DNA of 61,667 bases, counting the filler, from Choristocarpus tenellus KU-1152 (lineage: Eukaryota > Protista > Phaeophyceae): the NCBI GenBank assembly GCA_964200185.2. It is 5 parts of 5 records of this genome, joined end to end, with 100 filler letters (N's around TTAATTAATTAA, not from the genome) between each part and the next. Parts side by side here need not be neighbours in the genome. Positions count along the whole stretch, not along the records: positions 20,212 to 47,248 come from CAXNAD020000157.1; 4 more parts are not named here. One strand, given 5' to 3'. A program made the position numbers and the translations under genes. Within the stretch, counting starts at the first letter, position 1, and each line of letters starts with the position of its first letter. Shown here piece after piece: positions 27,401-39,950 of this stretch. Below the pieces are notes generated by a model. The model ran no database searches. It was not told the DNA's origin and saw only the letters and a program-made list of their open reading frames with translations.

Positions 27401-30400
27401 ATCATCTTCTTGCCATTACAATCAGAAACTCACCCAATTATTGCACCATCATTGTCCACATGTAACACCATTTCTTCACGAAAACCAGCAAGTCGTAGGT
27501 CACACTGTGCTTGAAGAAGAAACCAGTTGGAATTTTTAAGCAAGGGTAGACCACAAATTACAGTCAAAATTTGTATACAAACTTCAATTCTACTGGCAGC
27601 TTGGTCATGGAGCATTTGAAATATTTCAGATGTGTGTAAAAAAGATGGCACAGGACCTCCAGTTCTAGTTGCATATGTCAGACACAAAACAGATTTTCCA
27701 GTATGTAACGGGAAAATGTCTATCTTACATTTGTAGGACTTTCATTCATTCAGATCCAAATCACAGAAGAATTTACAGATTGGAATATTTTAGGGTGACG
27801 TGGTGTTTTAGCCAATTTTTCTTTTCCCCTCCATGGTGTTTTCCCACTTGGGAAGATCGAATTTGTGCATGAAAATAAACATGAAAATAAACTGGCTCAT
27901 CTTAATGCACATCCTCAACTTTTCAAACAGGAGGGAACATATCCTCATATGTTGGGGGAATTGTGAGGTTGAGAATCGACCTTGGTAAAAATCTTGCAAC
28001 TTGTTTCAAACACATTAATCCATTGCTTCACATGTATGACTCACAATTCATCACAGCGTGAATGCAAGTATTTACCCTCCTGCCTCATCAATGTTGGGTA
28101 TCTACTCCCACCAAGCCTGATCTTCTACCACACCTAGCGCAAGACACCTCCTCTCAAAGTCAAAGTGATTCCTCATGTGGTGCTTTCACGTGTGCCCAAA
28201 ACAATTAGTTCATAATCTTGCTAATCTCTTTATGAGTAACATATATGAGCACAGTGAGGAGTGTCACAGCTTGAAAAAACCTAATGCTGGAGACCCAAGA
28301 AGGAATAGAGGAGGATTGAGCCAGAAATTACCCTATAGAGAGGTCAACACTGTGATTGCCCTTCCTTCAGCTGGAGGCGGTCAAGGGTCTCCAAGAACTC
28401 CCCCAGCTCCCCCCCCTTCATGTCTTCAGTAGTCTTCAATATTAACCCCTCCATCTAATCAAACCATGCAGCTTCAGTGTGAGATTTCTTAACAGCATTC
28501 ACCTTCCCCTTCCTCTTCTGCACATCAGGCCCCCCTTGCCATGCTCTATTTTGGTTTCTGCTTTGCCACAATTTGGCAGGTCACAAAGTACTTGGTATGC
28601 AACCCTGGTGGGGAATTCCATATATCATGTGAATAGCTTTGAACAGTGTAAAATAAGAAGTTGTGTGTTACTGTAGATTTTTCCCAGGTACCCAATGGAA
28701 TGACTTGTTGCTCTGCAGCAAGTCATCAGCAGATATGGGTAATCCCACTTCCAACCAGACAACTTTCAAACCAACAGGTCACCTTCCACATACCAATGTT
28801 TGACAGATTTGACTATATCCTGAAGGTGGAAAAAGTTGCTAGAATGACGAAAGTATGCAATTTTCTTGTTTAAAAAAAAATAAAGCTCTAAAAATTGTGA
28901 TTTAATGCCTAGAAAAGACTTTCTACCATGGCAACTGCATTATATGTGATGTCACAGATCATGGAAGTTTCAAAGTGCATTGTACAGAAAACCTAGGACT
29001 CAAATGACTGTGAAGCACAATAGCTATGGAACTTATCCCTACAATATGCAAATCTGACAAAGATAATTCCAACCATAATTGTCACCCTCCACAAGAATGG
29101 TTGAGGTCACCCCTGTGAGAATGGCACCAAGAGTCACCTAAATTCTATTAAGCTGCTGCAATCAAGTGGTGTAGTTACGCACACACCCAAAGTGCCATTG
29201 ATAGTGAGGCACGCATCAAAGAAAATTACACTCTTGCAACTGGACAATTAAATTCCAGGTGGAATGGGGATGAAAACATGTGTTGTGGGTACACTCAATG
29301 GACAAAAGGCAAGCAAGTTGCGAACCAGAGTAAAGATTACAAATCAAGCCCCTTCCTACCATCATCCAAGATTGTATGCTTGCCATCAGTTACGTGTCAT
29401 GCCTATTGTGTAAGATGTTAAAGTCCCCCCCCCCAAAAACATCTAGGTAGCTGCATCTAGTAGTGCAACTGTGACAAAAGCAAACTCTTCAGTGCAGGAA
29501 GGAAGGCATAAGAGCAAAGTCATGTTCTCCAACAGTGCAAAAAACTAGAATTCTCACCCCAAAAATTAGCACATATCATAGCTTGGACAGAAAGGAGGGC
29601 ATCTGGGGGTATAGATGACATTTGCAGCATCTATCCATGGAGCTTTATCTTCCATCAGTAGTTTAAGTACAATCTCCTCAAAACGGTTGTGGCTCAACAG
29701 AAAGGGCGGGAAAAAACTTACCGCAGGAACAGAAGTAACAACGTCATCTGTTGGATTGCCGTCAGAAGACGAAAATTTGATACGGTACAATCCATTGACG
29801 GCGATCAGATCCTGTCATGGGAGCACAAAAAAATGTTAAAGACGAACGAGAAGGAAGATTAATTTACTGCCAAAAATAATATTTGCATATACATAACCCT
29901 TAATGTTCTAAGGCAATCATTACTAATATCTTGTTCTTGCAGCAATTGATTTCTTGTTTAGACTGGGTGACAAACAGGGTTGATAAGACCAGAGGGTCGA
30001 AAGTTTCAGATATTTCAGTTTCTTGCAGCTTGCATCTGGGGGCCCCTGTGAAACATGGCACTACAAATTTGTAGCGCAACAACTCCAATCAATGGAAACT
30101 TTGGCGCAAGCAGTGATACTTTCTTCGAAAACCTCGACATGTGCAATACTTAGTAACAGTGTGAACAAGAAATACACTTACTTTGAATTCTGATGTCTCG
30201 ATCGATGTAAAACCCGGTGTTGATAGGGATGCTTTAGGGGAAGAAGAGGGTTCCAAATATAGCTCCATAATCCCTCGATCTTGGAACTGGCAGTTGGCAA
30301 TCAACGTACAATGGTGGGGATTAGAAACGACACCACCCCAGCACAACTTACATGGAGGGGAGAACCTCTCCTCTATTTCATCCTGGGCGTTTTCTCCTTG

Positions 30401-30782
30401 GCTTTTTTCTTTACACATGCTTGATATACTCCACATAAGCGGCCTGCTGCAATAGAGGCGACATTTCTTCGTTTATTTGGTCGTGCACCAGTAACGTCGT
30501 GCGATGGCTTCAACAACAGTTTGTCCTTCTCCTTCATGGCAAATAGAGAGATAAAACTCACAGGGTTTTCTAAGCCGAACGAGTGCTTAACCTCCAGAAC
30601 ACGAGCAGCCGGAGTTGACCTAACGATGCATTAAAAGAATAAGCGAAATAGAGAGGTCAAGGAAAAAATGGTAGACATCGGCTTGGGGATAACCTGGGGC
30701 AACGGCATCATGTGACTCACATCGAACCTGGCACCACATAGAGTATCACACCCACAACTGCGATTGACAGGGCGTGCAACAT
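24445..30782 (-). CDS. EMC10: ER membrane protein complex subunit 10, complete
   Basis: Nine phase-consistent minus-strand exons: 30782-30721, 30619-30562, 30286-30182, 29811-29722, 27504-27434, 26721-26661, 26497-26436, 26163-26055, 24558-24445. Signal peptide MLHALSIAVVGVILYVVPGS, then LEVKHSF..FQDRG, AVNGLYRIK..VTSVPA-CDL...LHVDNDGAIIGV, QSLVVKY-WYIFLPL transmembrane segment and a Gly-rich tail; these are EMC10 hallmarks. Confidence 0.92.
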
Positions 30783-32176
30783 ACCGCCAAATAATTGGCA
30801 CTCGATGTACTCGGTCACAATCACGAACCAACAGCGGTTTACTTTAGTGTACCTACAAAAAACCTTATGACATGGAATGAAGGGATATAGTAGTCTTGTG
30901 AATATAGTGATCGAATCACTTCGATTCGATATATTCAGAGGTTGATCGAAACAGAAAATCTTGAAACCGATTGAGTTGTGTTGAAATTTCATGTACATTT
31001 TTCGTTTATGTATGGAGTGTTTGAGAAAAGATAGATACACAACAGAAACATTCCAACATAAACTTCTCTAGGTGCACTGCACATACCATGAGCGTGCCCG
31101 GGTACTCTGAAGATGGCGAGGATGGATCCATACACAATTATGAGGTCGGTCCATCCATTGGATATTTCCATCTACATGTGGAGGATGTTGCCCAGGAGGT
31201 GACAGGTCATCAATCAGATGAATATGAAGAACCTGACTTGAAATCTGGTTGAGTCTGCGACCGACCAACAGGAACATAACTGTGTGATGGAGTGGACAGT
31301 AAGTTCTATGGGTCGATGGCTGACATCTGGCGCTTCCTTAGAGCGTAAATGAAGGGAAGAAAGCATATTGTGTGTAATTTCATACTCTCTCTGTTCAAGA
31401 ACAATGACTTTTCAAAAGTCAAGATCAAGTTGGGAGATTCAAAAGTTGATAATAAGCGCAAAAAATCACCTTCAGAGTCCAACCCTGGGAACAGGGAAGC
31501 AGTAAATTAGTTATTGGGGATCGTAAAGGAGAAATAGAAGAGTCTGCGTCGGGTATTCAGCAGTAAGTCACACTTATTCTAAGACCAACGGCACTGGGGT
31601 GGGCTATTCTCCTTTGCCACTTCATCGCGATGGACAATAATCCACTTTCGGCAAAGTGCTCTTACATCCCAGTCTTCACATTTTGCTCTACCGCCTACCT
31701 CCACATCGTTGCTACCATCCTTGAGCTGTGAGTATGTTGCCATCCACGGGTATTACTTTACCACATCATCTTTCACATCACAATCGACTCTCCTACCTCG
31801 TCAACCAACCCTCGACCTTCGCTGTCCGGCAGTGGGTTATAGAAAGTGTTGACCTCAAGAAGATGGTGTTTGTCTTGAATAACAGGGTACTTATGACATA
31901 CCAAATCACTGTCGACTCCTTGATACTCGAGGAGTGTGTAAAGAGATGAAAATGAGTGTTACTAAGATGCTGATGAGGATGTCCATCACCACAAAGGGTT
32001 CGATGGGTGCCTCGAATCACACCTTCCACTCCCTCACTGTATCCTGCATCAATGGCGCATTTCAGATTATTGTTCTCTCTCTGACTGCATCAAGCACTAA
32101 GGCAGAACAACACAAGAGGATGTTGCTATGGATGAATGGGCCCACACAACCTTACTGGATTGAATTAGGGTACATT

Positions 32177-32740
32177 GAGGGGAGAGTCATTTTATGACTG
32201 TACCCAATTTCGATGTGACTGTGAGATGTTTTTGTATTTTGTGTTTTTTGTGTTTATATTTCTGAAGGGAGAGAGTCTCTCTATGGCAGTGCCCCATATA
32301 TATGTTATTGTATGTTGCATCTGTATGCATTTGTGTTTATATTTCTGAAGTTGGAGAGTTATTCTATGACTGAACCCTACCATTATCTTATTGCAAGACA
32401 TTTTTATTTGTACTTGTTTACATGTCCATCGCTCTTAAGGAGGGAGAGGCTATCTATGGTAGTGCCTATTTCAGTATTACTGTAATTTTGCGTCTGTGTC
32501 CATTAGTGTTTATATTTCTAAAGGGGGAGAGTCTATGAGAGTACCCTACCATTATTTTGTGAGACATTTATGTCTGTACTTGTTTATATGTTCATAGTTC
32601 TTAAGGAGGGAGAGAGCCTTTCTATCGTAGTTCCTAATTTTTTTGTTAGTGTGAGACACTATTTTTGAGTCTGCATTGAATTGTGTTCCATGGTTTTGCA
32701 AGGGGGAGAGTCCTTCTATGACAATACCATATTTATACAC
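32177..32740. repeat. Degenerate tandem repeat, 7 units of 83-96 bp with alternating A/B dimer structure
   Basis: GGAGAG cores at 32181, 32268, 32353, 32443, 32526, 32609 and 32705, each followed by a (C)TATG-type motif; units alternate TATGA..ACCC and TATGG.AGTGCC. Confidence 0.85.
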
Positions 32741-33202
32741 GAGTGTGAAACTCTGGTGCAGGAGGTTTTCTCTTGAACGTTGAGTCAAATGCACAGAGTG
32801 AGTGCCGTGAGGTGTGAGTGTCACGCTAGTATATCTGTCATCAGCGCAAACGTTGGAAGGGGTTTTTTCCTTCAGGTTCCTCCTCCACTGGATTCCCAAC
32901 GCTTCCTACTGATATGTTATGACCTGGAAGTGATATTCATTTCATTTCTGCTATGTTCATGGTAGGAGAAGGAGTGACATTTTATTTCCTAGTTCAATGA
33001 CCTGTTCTTCACTTTGAAGCAGTTATGCTTCATTCTGGGGAGGGGTGTCACAGGTGATAGCCTTTTTGCATTTAAGCCATTTTTTTCTTCTATAATTCAA
33101 ACACATTTCTATGCTTGAAGTACTAAGTTGATTTGAGACCCTTGATTTCTCTATTGTTTGAAAAGTTTTGACCGAATTCAGAAAATTTCCTACATGTATT
33201 TG

Positions 33203-33300
33203 TGTACAAAGTCAAAATTTGCACATGTTTGTCAGCATCCTTAAAATGCAACCTTGGTTACCTCTTGTCTATTTTGATTCACTACGACTTTGAAGTCCTA
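33203..33300 (+). repeat. Dispersed repeat fragment (second copy at ~56104-56200)
   Basis: Shares an identical 20-mer, ATCCTTAAAATGCAACCTTG, plus upstream TGTACAAA at similar spacing. Confidence 0.55.
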
Positions 33301-33559
33301 GATCTAATATGTTGTACTTCCTATTTGTTTATTATTTATTGTGAAGCCACAAAATTGGCTAGGAATGGTTGTTCAGTCCTATTTATACCCCTTGGAAAGC
33401 AATGAAATCGAAGTGAGAGCTTCAGTATATTTGACGACATTTCCATCATGGAGCCTTCTACGAGCCTCATCATCCATACACAGTGTTGTGAATTGGAGCT
33501 ACACATCTTATCATCATAAGCTTGCAGAGAGTTTCGTAACAGTTCAGCTGGTGGTGGTG

Positions 33560-34068
33560 GAATGGTGGAACACAGAGTTAGGAAGAACATGAAGGACATG
33601 TAAACCTTGACACTTTCAAAGTTGCAGGAAGGCTTAAGACCTGCTTTAGCTTATGATCATATGGCAAACTTGCCCAATCCATTCCTGGCAATTCCTGCTA
33701 CACAGGCAGAATCAGAGCAGAAATTCTCTAAGGCTAGGAATATTATGACCTCGAAATAGAACTGGATGGGCCCAGAAAATATGCAGCTCTTCATCTTGCT
33801 GCGCAGCATTAACTACAGTAGTTGATATGAGAAGTAGCCCAGTGTGCAGTGCCTCTGATCAAAAATCGGGATAGTTTCCCAGATGAAGGTAAAGCAAAAA
33901 CGAAAAAAGATCTAGATAAATGTTTTGGACCGGACTGACTGGTTCCAACATTTTCTGAGATGTACAGTCCACGTCCACTAAGTATTGGAGCCTGCCTGGC
34001 CCATGGGCTGTGGTTGTAATTTTTTCCTTTAGTCTGGGGACTATCCCGACCTGTGGTCAGAAGCACTA
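33560..34068 (+). mobile_element. Degenerate hAT transposon 3' remnant (transposase dimerisation domain plus 3' end)
   Basis: EWW at ~33560, then AYDHMANLPNPFLAIPATQAESEQKFSKARNIMTSK*NWMGPENMQLFILLRS (33649-33826). This matches the hAT C-terminal dimerisation motif (LAIPATS..SER.FS.AG.I....R.RL.PEN) and carries an in-frame stop. Possible terminus ...CACTA at 34068. Confidence 0.8.
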
Positions 34069-37000
34069 CACACTGCACTACTTCTCATACTAACTCCTGA
34101 ACTTAACTCTCATACTATAACTAAGGTTAGGTATTAACAGCACCCTTTTTAGAAGTACTTGTGACATTATCATGAGAAGATTAAAGATCTGATGTTTGTA
34201 ATATGATACCTTCTAACGTTTTTAATGGAGCTTTATGTCCAGCACTAAATAAATATTGCCGAATTGCAGATCACTGCAGCGTCAAAATGAAAACATGTTA
34301 GAGCCAATCAGTAGCATCTGTTAACTCTGTTAGGCAAATAATAGAATAAGAAAAATATCAATGGGGGGTGGGAGGGATGGGTGTGTGAGCAAATGATATG
34401 CTAGCAGGCAAACCCAGTGTTCATATTTTTTTAACCCGTGGCTGCGTACGGGTGGCCAATGCTAACAGAGGTCACTTGGGCACTCTCTTTGCAACAAAAA
34501 AAAGGTTGTCCATTATATTGAACGCTTCCCACCTGGTATGTATGTTTTATGTTACATATTTGGGGTCAAATCTACCCATTGAGAACGGGCATAATTTACT
34601 TATATTACCTCTGTCCTTGCATTTTGTGCGTTGGGACAGCCATCTCATCTCTCAATTGCTCTGCCTCCACCCTTGAATCTTGTACTGGACCAGCCTAACC
34701 AATGTTACCTCAATCTTGGTCCAGTAATTTCGTGGCATAGCAAAATATAGAATAGTATAGGTGTAATCCTCTGTACATGCCTCATGGAACTTTGATAATC
34801 AAATCAGATTTCCATAAATAGAAGTCTGGTGTTGACAGGGTTTGAACTTTGAAATTCATGTAGGGAACAGCCACCTTAACTGCTAAGTCACAAGAACACC
34901 CTGGACAGATTTGGATATTTTCTGACTTGTCCATACTACTAGGGCAGTAAGAGATTGTAAGCATAGCAGGCTGTAGGTCAGCTTCCAGTGATAGGAAGAG
35001 GCGGATTGTAAGAATATGGTACAATTTGATGGTAAAGAACAAATCACAGATTATGTGGCTGAATGAAGATGTATATACTATAATACACATAAGCATCTAT
35101 TCCCTCATGAATTCGATATATTTGGGGGCATCTTTTGACTGTACTAGCCAAACCTCTCTTCACCAAGCCAAATCGGTAAGATACTTTCATATCCATGGTT
35201 GGCAACTGCTTCAACGTGCCTTGACAACAAAATGGTCAACAATCACACTCAAATCACCAGGATGATGAAAAGCCCTGCAACCATCTGTACGCCTGGATCA
35301 ACATGCAACTCATACCTCCAAATCACTTTGAAGAACACTGACAGACATGGGAATTGTACTAGACCAAATATTCATACATGTTAATAAGTAGAATATGAAC
35401 AGTGGCATCAAAGTACATTTTCACAGCACATGAGCTTACAAATTCTTTCTAGGTGTTACTCCTCTGCTAAGTTATTTTTTATTGATGAGGTACCCCATGA
35501 GTGGTTCAACAAATTGATTACTTCAACGTTCGAAGTGAGCACCAAGTCTCCCTAACATTTAGCGCAGAGGCCCTTTGTTTCAGTCCATTCTCTGATTTGA
35601 GAATACTTAGTAATAACATACTTTCCCCATAAGTAGCTATCTCAATATATCCCAGTGTCGGAGTGGGGAAATGCTACTTACGTATTGTCTTTGGTTGAGC
35701 AACCACCAAAGAGGACAATGAACAGAAAAAATCTCTTATTACAGCAGTGCCAAACATGAATTAGTTGCTGTGAACAAGGTTAGCCCTCTGCTGGATTTGT
35801 CTATGGCAGAACAATGTCTGCTAGGTTAGACTGGGTAAACATTTGCATCAGAACTGAACTCAACTCAGTAGTGGATCTCACTAGTACAATACTTTGATGT
35901 CAGTTTACGGACACCTCATGGTAGCAGGAAACAATTGAGGACTTGTTTGTGAGTCAACATATGCAATTGCATCAGAAGTATGGGGTTTCAGAGATGTGCA
36001 GTGCAATTAGTGTGATATGGTAGTGGTGAGAGAGTGTAAGAAATCACACTGAATCTTTGAGGGATATGATATTATAAATTCATCACATAAGAGACACCAA
36101 AATAGTTACACACATAGTAGCCAGCATAAACTTCAAATCCATAGTTCGTACCTACCCAAATGTCAAATGGGGATTGCCGTCTCTTGTATTACCAATTATA
36201 TGTTCATGTTGGTAGACCATAATCACACTGACAAGGATCATCTGCATGAGATGGTTGACATCTCAAAGAGAGCATTCCATCAGTTGAAATGGTACTGAAA
36301 CCAAGTACAGGACAAAGCATGGAATAAACATGTGATACTAATGTTACATAGAGTGTAAACATACCTCTGAACTTGTTCAATTACATTGATACTACTGTAC
36401 ACTATACAGCAGTGGCAACAGTCACACTATCAGAACTCAGATCTGAGGGGATAAATATTGAACAGTCAGTTCCAAGAGAGGGAGTGCATCACACATCAAC
36501 AGTAGGGTACACCTCAGTATTACTGAAGTAGTTACCTTGAAAAATCACTATGAATCCCTGTGTGTAGAGTCATGCCGTACTGTATCCAATATTCTCATTT
36601 CATTGATTCTCCCCTTAACACAGGTTTGTGGCATCAGTGTCAGCTAGAAAAGGGAATAGAGATAGCACATGGAACTGTTAGAGGTATAAGGTGCATGAGC
36701 AATTGTGAGGTTTGACCCAGAGGAGAAGAGGCAGGTCACAACTCTCTCCAAGCAAGGACAAAGTTGGGAAGCATTCTATTTTAAACTTCATGTTTGACCT
36801 TTTCTTACTCTTGCAGAACCAAACTTGACTTCAACTAATACAAGTTTTAGAACAAGTTTATCTAACCTCTGATGTGGTGACTTGATCAAAAAGCAAACAA
36901 TGCGAAAAAAGCTGACTTATTCTGCCACAAATACATCTCTCCATTTCAATCCTAGTTGTTGGGAAATCTGTCTCATACCAAGACAAAATCTATAAACTGC

Positions 37001-38195
37001 ACTAAACCCATGGTGCTTTTTTTGAAACACTAGAGCAACTCAGCAATATGAGTGCACTTTCTCTTTCTATGAGCACTAGGAATGAGGATTGTTGAGTGCC
37101 ATGCCTGTTCATCACTAGAGGATTTGGAGGTGAGTGAACAAATTGCTATACACCACAAAAATATGCTCTGAGTACATTCCATCATGTAACTGCTTTTCTT
37201 GGAGGTAGTCTGCTGGATGTTAGAGATGGACTCTCAAGGTACAATCTGTCAAGAGTATTGATTCGAGTGAAACCTTCAACTTGTGCTTACAGCCCCATGG
37301 GCATCCTTGCTCAAAGGTGGAGTAGAATATCAACAAGAACAACCAGGCATTCGAAAGAGAGGCAAGTTGATGAAATATAGATAAATTGACAACAGTCACC
37401 TTTGGTTATTCAACATTACAAGTCAAAAGCCTTTGACCCTTGTATTAGGCAACAGACACAGTAATACAGCCTACCAGGTCAAAATTCTCAGCAGGCAATG
37501 CATCGTCAAGTTTACCCCCTCAAGGGCCTTTCCTGCTCTAGCTCTAGTCACTGTGCAGTAACCTCTAACAAATATGAACTGCCATCCACAAACATGGCAG
37601 TATGTTCGTAACCATCAATTTCATTGTGGTGGAAAAGTGGCAAGCTCAAGCAACACAACATGGAGGCAGTCGTCAATGTTTCTGGACTGTAATTTGCACC
37701 TTGTATGACACTATATTTTTGAACTTGCTTGATACTGTTTCCTCACAGAGATGTCCCTTTCAAAATTCCAGCACCTTGTGAGAAATAGGAAATTTGGTCA
37801 GGAAGCTCAGAACCCCCACATGGGGACTTAGTCTTGGAACTAGATGATGCTCATTTCCTGAGTGGTAGGAGACATGGCAAAAAGGCACCAAGAAAATGTT
37901 AGAACACACTCCAACGATAAGATAGGGGTATTCCAGAGTATTCCCAATGTCTTCAACACATATTGTCAACGGAAAAAGAAGCAATGTATGGAATGCCGAT
38001 GGCCAAAAATGGAAAGTGCAAACATGCCAAGGAAAAAAAAGACTCTTACACAGGATACATTCGCAACTAGCTGTGGATTGCTCGACTCGCAACTCCTGAA
38101 CAGGATGTTCTACAGAGTCATCACCTCAAATAAGAGTTGTGCCCCAAACATTGATGTATCTGTGACGGTTAACTTGATTTGTTCGACCTGAGCAC

Positions 38196-39379
38196 TCACT
38201 TGAAGCGGAAGGTAATTCTCCCACGAGTTAGGTCATACGGCGAGAGCTCCACCCTTACTGGATCGCCCACCAGGATTCGAACAAAATTTTTGCGTATCCT
38301 TCCACTGATGGTACACAATATAACCTTTCCGGTGGCGCCAACTTCCACCTTGAACATCGCGTTTGGGAGACCTTCCTTCACAATGCCCTCGATCTACCAA
38401 GACAAATGTATCGAAGGTCAACAATCAAAACATGCGATTGAGAGTATGTGCGAGCTGCAAAGAAACTTGTTAATAACGAGATATAATTGACAACATACTG
38501 CAGACAAAACCAAATCTAACCCATTTCATATTCCCTCCCCGTTGTTGTGAGCCCAACCCCATACACTACTGTACAGGGGCGACGACCTGTAAGACCATGC
38601 ATCAAGCATCATTACCTTTACTTCTGCTTTTCATGGAAATATCACCGATGCAATAGCGGTAAAGAGACCTCCCATAGATAAATCAAATACTTCGTAACAT
38701 GGACACGAACTTACGTTGCGAACAAATCTAGCAGTATGAGCACACATGGATAATCGATCGACAGATATCACAAGGTTCTCCTTTCGAGGCATGTCTGGGT
38801 TAGACGCATCCCGAATCAAACTGGAGGTGCGAAAACTCTTACTGAAGGAGAACTGGACGGACAACAGTCTTACTAGGGCTATCATACATACAGTTTTCAA
38901 CATCTCTCAGCTCAACTCATGGTGGTCATAGGCATCTCCTCCAGCCAACTTGGCTATCTCCTTGCATCTCCTCAAAACTTCACCTCAATAACGTCATCTT
39001 TCTCCTTTCTTTCCCGTGGCTGGGCATCCCCTTGACTCCGGCCACCTCGGCCACCCCTTCTTTTCGCATACAGCACGGTACTAGTGCCTCCCACACCAGA
39101 TGCTCGTCGCTGACCGAGTAACCGAAGCTCTGGGTTCTTCACTGAAGGTATCTCGAGGGTACCCTGGAATGGCCCATCATGAACCACTGCAACAGAGAGA
39201 GGGGTAAGTCCGACTAAGGTCCTACGTACCGCAACCACAGATCCGAAACAAGCTCGAATAGAAGGCTTGACCACGGCGACGGAGGAGTGAGAGACTGAAG
39301 GATTGACAACAAAGCCGCCAGTCCTTGCAAAAGAGAGTGCACCTAGCACCACGCCCAGTACTCTCATCACCTGAGACAT
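38196..39379 (-). CDS. infA: Nucleus-encoded plastid translation initiation factor IF-1 with bipartite targeting presequence
   Basis: Exons 39379-38984 and 38393-38196: [24 protein letters not shown]...[41 protein letters not shown]. The N-terminal signal peptide ends TGG|FVVNP (ASAFAP-like, Phe at +1) and is followed by a basic, hydroxylated transit-like region. The last codon overlaps a possible GTGAGT donor. Confidence 0.95.
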
Positions 39380-39950
39380 AACACCACAAGCACAATAAAT
39401 GTGTGGGAAATGATGTTGCAGTTCATGATCACATTATGACTGATGCAGAGGAGGAGACAAGGATTCGATCGAGAATAGTTATCTATCCAAAGATCAGATT
39501 AATTTTGCAGAATGAGCAATTTATTTATCGAGGTCTTTCAAACTTCAAGATATTTCGCGTTATATTCTCGATTTTGAAGTGGGAACTAATCCCAATCTAA
39601 GCGTGATTGTACATTCTTCCAAAGGTTCTTTGGAAAGTGTGGATATATGTCAAAATAGAGGTAGTAAGAGGACGTTGCCACATGGGCAGAGACATATTCC
39701 CATGGTAAAGACTGTTGTCGTGAAGGTATATTGAGCGTCCTGTATGTACCTCCCTTCTCTACTGCCTTGATTTCTGTCCTTTCGTCGTTCTGAAAGAGTT
39801 TTATAGGATGCAGGAGACGTTGTAGGAAGAGTGCTGTGCTGGGACAAAATTGCGTGGGTCGAGTCTGGCCCCCTGGAAGTTTTTGTGTGGCGCTCTGGCT
39901 ATTTAATCTTATACGGCGTGTGAGACGTCACGTGAAGGACGGGGGTGTGA

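Noticed and set aside
31068-32043. Possible minus-strand gene upstream of EMC10
   Set aside because: Some splice-like boundaries exist, but I could not build a consistent frame or recognise a domain.
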